This document shows, in pieces, positions 30,471 through 38,715 of a stretch of 64,000 nucleotides of DNA. The notes beneath the pieces were generated by a model. It ran no database searches and was not told the DNA's origin. It saw only the letters and a list, made by a program, of their open reading frames with translations. Location: the IMG/VR virus record IMGVR_UViG_3300050343_000191, positions 124,001 through 188,000 of that record; one strand, written 5' to 3'. Made by a program: the position numbers and the translations under genes. Position 1 is the first letter of the stretch; every line of letters begins with the position of its first letter.

Positions 30471-30661
30471 TCTTTTAGTTCGGTTATCAGTATAGAATCT
30501 CCATCAACCTCCAAATTTAACTGTGTACCTTCATACCACCCAAATTCAGAGATAATCCACTCCGGTACTTGAACGACATATTCACCTGTTACGGGATCGA
30601 CCTCTACAGTCGAAAAATTTTTGCCGGGATTTTTTTGCATAAGAGGTATTTCGTTTTCCAT
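30467..30661 (-). CDS. AbrB/MazE/SpoVT-type DNA-binding domain protein
   Basis: YVVQVPEWIISEFGWYEGTQLNLEVDGDSILI matches the swapped-hairpin pattern xPxxIxxxxGWxxGxxL. Confidence 0.65.
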   Translation of the reverse strand: MENEIPLMQKNPGKNFSTVEVDPVTGEYVVQVPEWIISEFGWYEGTQLNLEVDGDSILITELKD

Positions 30662-30749
30662 TTTTGTTTTATATAGAAAAGTGTAGAGTTCTATAAAGAG
30701 GTCGCGAAAGCAAGACTTTGTAGCCTAATGGTACCTTAGCGTTTTAGCC

Positions 30750-30800
30750 ACACGCGCACGGCGCGGCGCACGCGGGGGGCGGGGGCACTGCCCGACACCC
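30750..30800. other. Non-coding G/C-run element at the early/structural junction
   Basis: cacgcgcacggcgcggcgcacgcggggggcgggggcactgcccgacaccc is almost pure GC in an AT-rich genome. Confidence 0.7.
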
Positions 30801-30821
30801 ACCCACTGTGTGCCACTTAAC

Positions 30822-31121
30822 TCACTGCCACAACCAACGGGCGATGCGCTCTCTGTTGCGTAGGGGCATCAGGCGGGTGTACTCTACCCAACGCTTGCCC
30901 AGTTCGTGACGCTTGATCAGTCCCTGCTCTGCCATCACTTTGAGTAGCATTGAAAGACCCGTCCGCGCTTCATTAGGCAAACCCAGAGCGGCGTTGATGT
31001 CAGTGGGGCGCATTCCATCCTGAGTCATGCCATCGTCGCCGTCATCCATAGGAAGGACTGAAAGGATCGCCCACTGATACGTAGCACCGAAGGACTGACG
31101 ACTTGTGATTGAGGTGAACAT
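30822..31121 (-). CDS. Winged-helix DNA-binding protein (putative)
   Basis: MRPTDINAALGL...LSMLLKVMAEQGLIKRHELGKRWVEY follows the wHTH helix-helix-wing pattern; dyad promoter upstream. Confidence 0.55.
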   Translation of the reverse strand: MFTSITSRQSFGATYQWAILSVLPMDDGDDGMTQDGMRPTDINAALGLPNEARTGLSMLLKVMAEQGLIKRHELGKRWVEYTRLMPLRNRERIARWLWQ

Positions 31122-31193
31122 GGTTGGTTTGTTTGCTTGTGTTTATTGTACAGGGTCAGAAGGGAGAATCGCTATCTCCCTTGTGCCAGTTAT

Positions 31194-31421
31194 TCAACCG
31201 AACATCGCTTCCGCTAGTTCCTCCCATGTGTGGTACTGGGTAGGGTTGCCGGGTTCGGGGTTTGCCTTTGGAGCATCAGACAACATGCACGCCCAAGCGT
31301 TGACGTGGTAGGTGTAAGGTTGAAACGTATTGTCATCCTCACAGTATGCAAGACCCTGACGGGGGATAAGATCGCCGTGATGGGATGCGTAGTTTAGGTG
31401 ATCCATTGTGTGGGGTTCCAA
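31194..31421 (-). CDS. Hypothetical early protein
   Basis: 75-aa ORF with its own leader and -10. Confidence 0.65.
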   Translation of the reverse strand: MEPHTMDHLNYASHHGDLIPRQGLAYCEDDNTFQPYTYHVNAWACMLSDAPKANPEPGNPTQYHTWEELAEAMFG

Positions 31422-31475
31422 CTGAGTTAATTCTACAGGGTGAAGGGACCGAATCGCGATCCCTTTACAATTGTT

Positions 31476-31703
31476 TTAGAATGCGACCAGTTGATCGATG
31501 TCCCACTGATCCACTTCGGTTGCTGTTGATTGGATCCACTGATTGACGTGCTTCGTTGTGGTGACACTGTAGCGGGTGCTGCTGCGTATCCATCCCTTAC
31601 CAGGCACCAGAGCAGCGACAGGGGTCTTGTATGAGAAGAACACCGACGTACCGTCTGCCAGGTCAACTTGAGTTTTGTTTGCGCCGAGTGATTGAACTTG
31701 CAT
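31476..31703 (-). CDS. Conserved-type phage early protein (start MQVQSLG)
   Basis: VFFSYKTPVAA...YSVTTTKHVNQW; ATG follows the AACAACCAACC leader. Confidence 0.7.
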   Translation of the reverse strand: MQVQSLGANKTQVDLADGTSVFFSYKTPVAALVPGKGWIRSSTRYSVTTTKHVNQWIQSTATEVDQWDIDQLVAF

Positions 31704-31887
31704 GGTTGGTTGTTTCAACTGAGATAACAATAGGGCATCTGGTGCGTTGTGCCTATTTCATGTGCCACCTGTCAAACTGGCACACAATCCAAATTCAACC
31801 CCCCTAGCGTGCTAGGATGAAGGTAGACTCTAAAATTGGTTGAGTTAGTATTAATTAAAGGGGAGAATCATCCCCCCCTAAGTGTTA

Positions 31888-32370
31888 TCAGAAGTTGGTG
31901 CAGAAAATATATCCGTCCTGCTCAATGTAGTCGTGGCGGAGATTATCCCATGTGTCTTCCCAATCAACAGAAACAAAGGAAGGAATATCGAGTGAGTAAC
32001 AATCAGAAACTAACTGTTCTGCAAACTCAGCGCCTGACATTTCGCCCTGATAAGAGTCAGAAATGTCAGAGATACAATCCTCTCCAAAGTATTCAATAAA
32101 AGCACGGATTGCATCAGCAGGATAATCCTCTAATGCTTCATTGATTGCCTCTTGATTATCACTATCCTCTGCCTCAATCGTTTCTTCTTCGATGTCATCA
32201 ACTGTTTCGCCCTTTACCTCTAACAATGCCATGTAAAAATCGGTAAAGTGAACTTTAGTATTTGAACCTTCGACGGTACAATAACCACAAGCGATGGCGA
32301 TCTCTGTAGGTTTCTTGCCTTCCGCTTGCATTGCGGCGACGGTTTCTTTGAGAGCGGTTCCAGTGAGCAT
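31888..32370 (-). CDS. Fusion of a cyanobacterial AbrB N-terminal domain with an ArdA-like acidic domain
   Basis: Residues 1-54 LTG.AL..V...E.A.ACGY...V.FTDFY.ALL..KG match the cyAbrB (Sll0359-type) N-domain. The C-terminal DSYQGE...EFAEQLV...DIPSFVSVDWE...DY...GYIF matches the ArdA C-terminal domain. Confidence 0.65.
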   Translation of the reverse strand: MLTGTALKETVAAMQAEGKKPTEIAIACGYCTVEGSNTKVHFTDFYMALLEVKGETVDDIEEETIEAEDSDNQEAINEALEDYPADAIRAFIEYFGEDCISDISDSYQGEMSGAEFAEQLVSDCYSLDIPSFVSVDWEDTWDNLRHDYIEQDGYIFCTNF

Positions 32371-32457
32371 GGTTCTGTGTGAGAGTGCGGGGTGGTCCCG
32401 CTTGTGTTTATTGTAGACCCTAGGGGGGAGTTTGTGAACCCCCCCAGTGGACGCTTA

Positions 32458-32664
32458 TCAGACCGCCACAGTCTGAAGGGTTTCGTTGCGGATCTGCTGA
32501 TTCATGAACTTACCTTTGGATTCAGCAGTATTGAACCCCAGAGCGAAACGCTGAACGTCTGCCACTGTGTAAGTGTAAGCACGCCCGCCGTTAAATGTAA
32601 CGGTCACGCGGTCGCCGTCAAGAGCGACTGAATCAAGAGCGGATGAGTTGAAAGCGTTGATCAT
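32458..32664 (-). CDS. KTSC-domain protein (start MINAFNSSAL)
   Basis: SSALDSV...VTFNGGRAYTY...AESKGKFMNQQIR. Confidence 0.65.
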   Translation of the reverse strand: MINAFNSSALDSVALDGDRVTVTFNGGRAYTYTVADVQRFALGFNTAESKGKFMNQQIRNETLQTVAV

Positions 32665-32739
32665 GATTTTGTAGAGTTTGTTTTGTGGAGTCTTTAGGGC
32701 GCTGCCGTTCCCGTGTTTCAATTATAAGGGATGAACGGA

Positions 32740-32928
32740 TCAGTCGCGGTCGCTGATGTTCCAGGTTCCGAACTGTCCACTAGGACGGGAGTCGTTCCAC
32801 TTGCTGAACCATTCCTGGCGTGCTGCTGCCCGTGCTTGTGCCTGTTGGCGTTCTTGCTCCAGACACTTCAGACCAATCGCTGCGAGGCGGTCATCTGATG
32901 CGAAGATCCCGTTTCCGTAGTTTTTCAT
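32740..32928 (-). CDS. Hypothetical early protein
   Basis: 62 aa; dyad at 32989, TATAAT at 32954-32959 and leader upstream. Confidence 0.7.
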   Translation of the reverse strand: MKNYGNGIFASDDRLAAIGLKCLEQERQQAQARAAARQEWFSKWNDSRPSGQFGTWNISDRD

Positions 32929-33006
32929 GGCGTTGGTTTGTTTGCTTGAATTAATTATAGGGCATCGAGTGCCCTATGGTTCAGTTGGTGGACACTTCGG
33001 AAAGTG

Positions 33007-33183
33007 TCACAGGGTGTCCTCTCCGTACTCCATGTATGTCCATCCTAACCAGTCCTCAACGAAAGCATAGGATCCCGACTCGCTGTGCATACTGTAGCAT
33101 AAATCTGCTGCTGTGTAAGGATCGCTTACGATTTCCCGCTCACCGAGAGCAGGGCAGGCAACGAGGTAAGATCCAGTCGTCAT
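33007..33183 (-). CDS. 58-aa hypothetical early protein
   Basis: Hand translation MTTGSYLVACPALGEREIVSDPYTAADLCYSMHSESGSYAFVEDWLGWTYMEYGEDTL; AAACAAACCAACC leader. Confidence 0.7.
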   Translation of the reverse strand: MTTGSYLVACPALGEREIVSDPYTAADLCYSMHSESGSYAFVEDWLGWTYMEYGEDTL

Positions 33184-33379
33184 CGGTTGGTTTGTTTGAC
33201 TTGTGCCAATGATGCCCCAGATTTCGACTCAGCGCAAGGGGTAAGGGACAGTTCAGAAAGTGGCACAAGGTAGCAGTTTTATTGGTGTGGGGGTGTTATC
33301 TTATAAGAAATCAGACGAGGCGGGGGGTACCGCTGTTGACGAAAATACATCGCCACTGATCCTGCCATGAAATAATCAT

Positions 33380-33404
33380 AAAAAAACCGCCCCATAAGAG
33401 CGGT
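33380..33404 (-). terminator. Intrinsic terminator
   Basis: Minus strand ACCGCTC-TTATG-GGGCGGT-TTTTTT, downstream of the 33427-33579 gene. Confidence 0.7.
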
Positions 33405-33426
33405 GGACGGTTTTCAAACTGGCACA

Positions 33427-33579
33427 CTACCAGCGGTCGAACTGTTCTTCTGTGCTAACTTGCACCTGTTCATCACCTTCCAGACCTAGAACCTCATTCC
33501 AATCATAAGATTCTAACTCTAGGTCATCATAACACTCTATGTCAAGTGTGACTCGGACAGTTCGCTTAGTGGCATACAT
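33427..33579 (-). CDS. 50-aa acidic hypothetical protein
   Basis: Hand translation MYATKRTVRVTLDIECYDDLELESYDWNEVLGLEGDEQVQVSTEEQFDRW. Confidence 0.65.
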   Translation of the reverse strand: MYATKRTVRVTLDIECYDDLELESYDWNEVLGLEGDEQVQVSTEEQFDRW

Positions 33580-33611
33580 GGCGTGTGTGGTGTGAGTGTG
33601 TGCGTATTATA

Positions 33612-33845
33612 TCATGCGTAATGCTTATATGCAAGCGCATCATAATCTTGTGTGTCGCGTGTGTATTCTTCATCCAGATCTTCATCTAGATGTGTATGTG
33701 CATACGATTGCACACACATCTCATAAGACTCGTCGAGATCGTATTCATATGCTGGTGCATAGGTATAGTCGAGATCGTAATCGTCGTACATAATTCTCGT
33801 CGAGATTGCCATGTTTATTATACCGATAACTCGTCTAGATGTCAA
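33612..33845 (-). CDS. Asp/Tyr-rich hypothetical protein (start uncertain)
   Basis: YDDYDLDYTYAPAYEYDLDE; overlaps the palindrome array; TATAAATA at 33886-33893 upstream. Confidence 0.55.
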   Translation of the reverse strand: MTSRRVIGIINMAISTRIMYDDYDLDYTYAPAYEYDLDESYEMCVQSYAHTHLDEDLDEEYTRDTQDYDALAYKHYA

Positions 33846-33940
33846 CTAGAAGGATCTAGTGCGTCTCGTCGAGATTCATAACATTTATTTATAAGGTTTA
33901 GTCGAGATTGTGTAGTTATCATAACATAAGTCTCGACGAG
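33671..33940. repeat. Array of (T)CTCGTCGAGA(T) / CATCTAGATG palindromes (iteron-like)
   Basis: Copies at 33683, 33729, 33766, 33795, 33830, 33864, 33899 and an inverted copy at 33931; AT-rich late-promoter segment at 33878-33898. Confidence 0.8.
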
Positions 33941-33978
33941 TTATTGTGTCCTTCTGTGAATTTTTTCCGCCCGGTGGG

Positions 33979-34007
33979 TTGACAAGTCGCCCGTCTTATG
34001 ATACGCT
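33979..34007 (+). promoter_or_regulatory. Antisense sigma70-type promoter TTGACA-N17-TACGCT with extended -10 TG
   Basis: Perfect -35, 17-nt spacer and TGnTACGCT; points against the local direction of transcription. Confidence 0.55.
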
Positions 34008-34046
34008 CGCTAAACTATACTTCCATACACGAAGAAACTCTTTCAT

Positions 34047-34229
34047 TTATGGAGCACTAAAAGGATAAACCATCTTACCTGTCTGAGTTGCATTATTAAC
34101 TGATGGACGATTGACAAGTCTTCTTATATCATTCATCTTCTCCTTACCAGTCTTTAAGTTCAAACCACTGGGATTTGAATAGATTTTAAGTGGTGCAATC
34201 TGTTCTACAAAGGTCTTATAAGTCTTCAT
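34047..34229 (-). CDS. 60-aa late protein with a T4 internal-protein-like N-terminus
   Basis: Starts MKTYKTFVEQ; CATAAATA at 34260-34267 upstream. Confidence 0.6.
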   Translation of the reverse strand: MKTYKTFVEQIAPLKIYSNPSGLNLKTGKEKMNDIRRLVNRPSVNNATQTGKMVYPFSAP

Positions 34230-34262
34230 TTTTTAGGGCGCTATCCGTCTCGTAAATGATAT

Positions 34263-35924
34263 TTATGAATCACTGAAACGATTGTAAGTATCCATATCTT
34301 CTAAAGTCTTACCATACTTATTCTTTCTTGTATGAACATACTCTAAGTCTTTCCAATACTGTGGATGACATAGTAAGAGTGTATGAATATATTTGTGTCT
34401 TTCATTCTTTGTATATTGACAATTAGGTTTAGGTTTAATACCTGTCTCTATCGTAATATACTTTTCATCAACAAAGTACACCCAACCCTTATGAATTAAA
34501 CCATTATGATGCCAGATAACATAATCATCTATTTTAGGAGTATAGTGCATATTCAAGGGGATTAAGATTGAGTTGCATTGCAGAGTAAGGAGTCGTATCG
34601 TTAATTGATACTTCCTTTCCTATTTTATTTGAGTTGATGGGGGCATAGTAAGTGTACGAACTGCCTCTCTTTGCTGTTGTCTTTGTTTTACAGAATCCCC
34701 AGATACAATAACACTCATCACCGCTATTGTAATTAAACTCAGACTCACATACAGTCCAAATTGAAAGTACATTAGACGTTTTACGAATAACTTCGTATCT
34801 GTATCCTTTTGGTGGTTCATGAATAAAATCAGGTGGTAAGTTACACGCCAGTGGTTCCATCGGGGATTGCTCTAAGTGCGTTAGGATTGTGTCCATCTTC
34901 AATCAATTGATTCAATGCTTTTGTTGCTTCTTCTTTATTCAAATGCTGATTCTTATCATCAGTCATTTCCCAACCAGTAGTGCAAAGTTCTTCGATTCGA
35001 TAGGTTTTGTTATCAGTCATTTTTGTTTAAGTTGTAAAGGCATCGATGATAGAAGATTCATACTCATCAACTAAAGAGAACTTTTGTGCTTTTAGAATGT
35101 TTGGCATAATACGATCCTCATATCCAGGATGATTAAGTCCATCTTCCTCAGCACATAATTCAAATGCTTCAGTATCAGATTCTGCAATTAAGTTTACCAC
35201 TCCACCATACTCTGATTGTGGAAACGGCACCCAGTAATCAACAATGTAAAGTGACTTCATTTGTGCTTTGTGGATTTAACCATTTTAATCGCTTTTAATC
35301 TGTTTGTCAACTACAGAAACTCCTGCATATAATAATCAACTGTCACCTCTAACTCTGCTGCTTTACGCTCAAAGAACTTGTTTGTATAATCTTCTGCTTC
35401 TTTTCGCTTCTTATATGAATCAATCTCAGTTTCAGCGTGATTCATAAAATCATCAAATGCTTTGATAAACATATCAATATCATCATTGTTCATTTCAGAA
35501 AGAGGGTTCACAGATTGGGTCATTTTGTTCTCCGATTGTTGATTGGTCCATTCCATCGTAAATTTCCTTGAGTCGATTGTAGAGTGTTGGTGCTGATCCA
35601 TAATACTGTGCAATTTGCCATTCCTCTGCTACATCCAATACTTGCAATGCAGCAAGAATAATTCCTAACTCTTGCACGTTGATTGGTATATTATGCTCAG
35701 TTTTCATCTTTGTCTCCTTGACTACAATCCTAATTATATTACATCAATTGTCGTAAATTGTCTACTGCTTGTATCATCGCAATACGACTATATCCTGCCG
35801 CATAAGGATAACTCCTTGCATCACCATCATTTGTACCATCACACTCAGTACAAACATTGATCGCAGTCTCTAACCTTTCAATGATACTTTCGATTTCAGA
35901 CTTGGTAGACTTGAGATCACACAC
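34263..35924 (-). other. Run of small hypothetical early CDSs
   Basis: Abutting ORFs 34263-34556, 34534-34860, 34841-35020 (59 aa, hand-found), 35027-35260, 35311-35523, 35495-35707 and 35739-35924; no family recognised. Confidence 0.65.
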
Positions 35925-36075
35925 TGTAAAGATCCTCCTGTTGTTGGCGAAGAAAAGAAATAGTCTGATTGATGTTCTCTACCTCTTGCAATAGTTTTAA
36001 CTTACGCTTTGACATAGCAATAATACTTTTGTCAAGTTCTCCAATGTGCATCTCACGTTGCATTGGTAGTTTCAT
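35917..36075 (-). CDS. 52-aa coiled-coil hypothetical protein (start MKLPMQRE)
   Basis: ATG at 36075 overlaps a TAA (TAATG) of the frame-corrected upstream gene. Confidence 0.6.
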   Translation of the reverse strand: MKLPMQREMHIGELDKSIIAMSKRKLKLLQEVENINQTISFLRQQQEDLYSV

Positions 36076-36358
36076 TAGACTAACTCCTGTTGATACTGCA
36101 TGAACTTGCTCTTCTGTAACCTCATCCACACAGTCTTGAATCACAGTGTAGATGTAATCTATCTGCCCAACATCATCAAAGATACGTGCAATCAAGTGCA
36201 GGATCTTCTACCTCAATATCATAATCAACCTCACCGTTTTCATCCTTCATATGAATATCTTCCTTGGTGTAGATCCACGCAGCACATTCTGCATCTTCAC
36301 CCTGTTCTTTGATCATACTTGATACTCGGTCTTGAAGTTGCTTGAGAGTGTAGTTCAT
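36075..36358 (-). pseudogene. Hypothetical gene apparently broken by two 1-bp insertions (or sequencing errors)
   Basis: Removing one base near 36195 and one near 36106 gives a 93-aa ORF MNYTLKQL...EDPALIARIFDDVG...EEQFMQYQQELV* that ends in a TAATG overlap. Confidence 0.5.
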
Positions 36359-36749
36359 CAGATGAGTGCCTCTAGTGTGATACCTTTGTCTGCAAATGCG
36401 TCAGAAACAATGCCACAGAGTGCATTTTCTTCAAAGTCACTCAGTTCCCAAAGTTCAGCGGCAATGCTGATCATTTCCTGAATGTTCTCACTTAGAGTGA
36501 GCATTTCGGTCAGTTGATCTTGATTCATCATTGGTCGCACTCCATTAGGTTAGGACACCAAGCAGTGTCATAGGTTTCAGATGATTTAGCAACACCATTG
36601 TAGGTGTCCAACCATTCTCCATACTCTTCATAGAGAGCACGGATGTTACCAACATCTTCGAGCAAGTCACCCTCAACGTAGGTCTCACACAATGCGATAA
36701 CGTGTTCGCATTGATCCTCAATCATTGTGATCCGTTCTTGGTCAGTCAT
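36358..36749 (-). other. Two small hypothetical early CDSs
   Basis: 36358-36540 (60 aa) and 36528-36749 (start MTDQERI); dyad at 36812 with TACAAT at 36775-36780. Confidence 0.65.
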
Positions 36750-36823
36750 TGAGATCCTTTGGTTGAACAATGTAATTGTAGCAGTGATTGCCGCGATCGC
36801 CGCGGCCAAGTGTACCAGTTAGT

Positions 36824-37066
36824 CTACTGGCACACTTCATAAACCGAACGCCGCGCAGTTTTCCTCAGAATCTTAGAATCCTTGGCACGGCGCACTGCCC
36901 AGCGTACAGAGGTTTTCTCTGCCTTGGTTTCAGCACCCAGTGTGGTGTAAAGTTCACAGAGAGTGATATACTCTCTGCCCTGATTCACCAGGGCACGGAT
37001 CAGAACCTGAGTGGCAACATCAAATGCAGAGGCGTATTCGCCAGATTCAGAGAGAGTGAAGTTCAT
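36824..37066 (-). CDS. Winged-helix-like early protein (start MNFTLSES)
   Basis: YITLCELYTTLG...VRWAVRRAKDSKILRKTARRSVYEV; basic recognition helix plus wing. Confidence 0.5.
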   Translation of the reverse strand: MNFTLSESGEYASAFDVATQVLIRALVNQGREYITLCELYTTLGAETKAEKTSVRWAVRRAKDSKILRKTARRSVYEVCQ

Positions 37067-37131
37067 TGCCTTTGTTTGAACTGAAGTCAGTATAGAGCAG
37101 ATCAAGTGATCGCCGCGGCCAAGGTGGACAC

Positions 37132-38034
37132 TTACTCAACTGGCACAGAGAACCTACCATATTTGAAGTTATATCGGGAGAATAACTCTCTTTTCACCAG
37201 TTTATATGAACCAAAGTCATTTGTTAGTACATAACCCTCAGCATCAATGAATCGTTTGCCTAAGTATGCAGCAGGACCACCAGATGTGGCACAAATTGAT
37301 AATTTATCCTCCTTAATCGTCTTTACAAGTTTCCATAAACGCATTAAGTTCAAATCACACTCGGCAACGTCCGCCAATGCCTCTGGATCAAGCACAGCAC
37401 CAGTTTTAATGAAAGTATTCAAAACCTTCTCAATCTTTCGTGCGTGTGTCTTAGTTTTGGCGTATTCTACCGTAGTTGACATTTGACGTGCAAATCGCAC
37501 AATATCATCAAATTTATCATCTTCTTGCCATCCTTCAGGTTGAACAAACAACACATCTTTAGTGCTCTTAGGTGTAAGAATCATACAAGATCCTATAGCA
37601 TCACGAAGATCACTCTCAGCAACATAGATTGTATGTGGAGCAACAATGATACTCTGAATTACAAGATCAGGGAAAACATAAGTGATTGCATTAGGTGTGT
37701 AAGTGTCATCACCACCAAAACCAATAAAGTCACCCTGAAAGATACAATCAGTTCGTGGCAGACAATCAAAACAAGCGTGGAGAATGTCTGCTACTTCACC
37801 CTCATAATGTAGATCAATCTCATCGTGAGAGTGTGCAATTCGCAGTTTCTTTTTGTTGAATACTGCTTTAGTACCTACGAAAAATGTTTTTGTAGCAGGA
37901 TCAGTACCCCATACAATTGCAGGAGCACCATCAATCTTCACAGAAACATTTGCAGGTTGAGTGAACCAATCAAGTACACTCAGATCACCCATTAGAATAG
38001 AATCTTCAGGATGTTGCAGATGAGTATTTTTCAT
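37132..38034 (-). CDS. DUF6267-like protein with a KxDG nucleotidyltransferase-like motif
   Basis: MKNTHLQHPEDS; VSVKIDGAPAIVWG; IFQGDFIG; AEGYVL; YKLVKRE.FS..NF. Confidence 0.6.
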   Translation of the reverse strand: MKNTHLQHPEDSILMGDLSVLDWFTQPANVSVKIDGAPAIVWGTDPATKTFFVGTKAVFNKKKLRIAHSHDEIDLHYEGEVADILHACFDCLPRTDCIFQGDFIGFGGDDTYTPNAITYVFPDLVIQSIIVAPHTIYVAESDLRDAIGSCMILTPKSTKDVLFVQPEGWQEDDKFDDIVRFARQMSTTVEYAKTKTHARKIEKVLNTFIKTGAVLDPEALADVAECDLNLMRLWKLVKTIKEDKLSICATSGGPAAYLGKRFIDAEGYVLTNDFGSYKLVKRELFSRYNFKYGRFSVPVE

Positions 38035-38715
38035 TTCGGTTGCACAAAATCAGCAGTTTGATAAAGTCCGTCAGCAATAAATTGACGAGCAGATGTGTTA
38101 GTCCAGAGAAGAATACCGACACCAACGATAATTAAGGTTTTCACTTACCAACTCCATAATCAGGGGCAGTTGCTTCCAATTCACTGATGCTATATTGACC
38201 ACTTTTAGTAGAAAAGTTGCTCATATCATTCCAAGTGTCTTCACCATAAAAATCCATAATCTCACTCTTTACATCATTTTCAGTCCAATTTTTCATATTC
38301 TCCTCCACCATCTCTATAGCAAATTGCTCAAGAGATGTCATATCCATACCATCAACAATGAGAGAGGCATAGTTTGCTTTGAGTTCGTCAAGTTGCTTTG
38401 AGTTCATAACTGAAAATGAAGTGAAATGAAATGATGAATGGAATTAGTAGTCGTAATCCGAGTTTAGATACTCTTCAAGATCAAACTTTTTCTCATTGTA
38501 AAGATCTTGCATTTCAGGAATGTCAAAGATCTCACCAGGAGTGTCTTGGATTTCAGTCAGAAGGTCGTTCATTAGTTTTCTTGAATTTGAAGAGGAATAA
38601 TTTCATAATCTACAATGTCCTCACCAGGGTTGAGAACCTCACCAATTGCTTCAGCAATCCATTTTCGTGGATGCGTTTCGCTTTTGACTGTTAGTGTGAT
38701 CTGGTAGGTTTCCAT
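38031..38715 (-). other. Run of small early CDSs
   Basis: 38031-38144 (37 aa, one hydrophobic helix), 38141-38407, 38444-38572 (42 aa) and 38572-38715 (47 aa); overlapping stop/start codons. Confidence 0.65.

Noticed and set aside
33671-33940. Palindrome array read as a mini-CRISPR
   Set aside because: The units are only 9-11 bp, include an inverted copy and are too short for CRISPR repeats. An iteron-like reading fits better.
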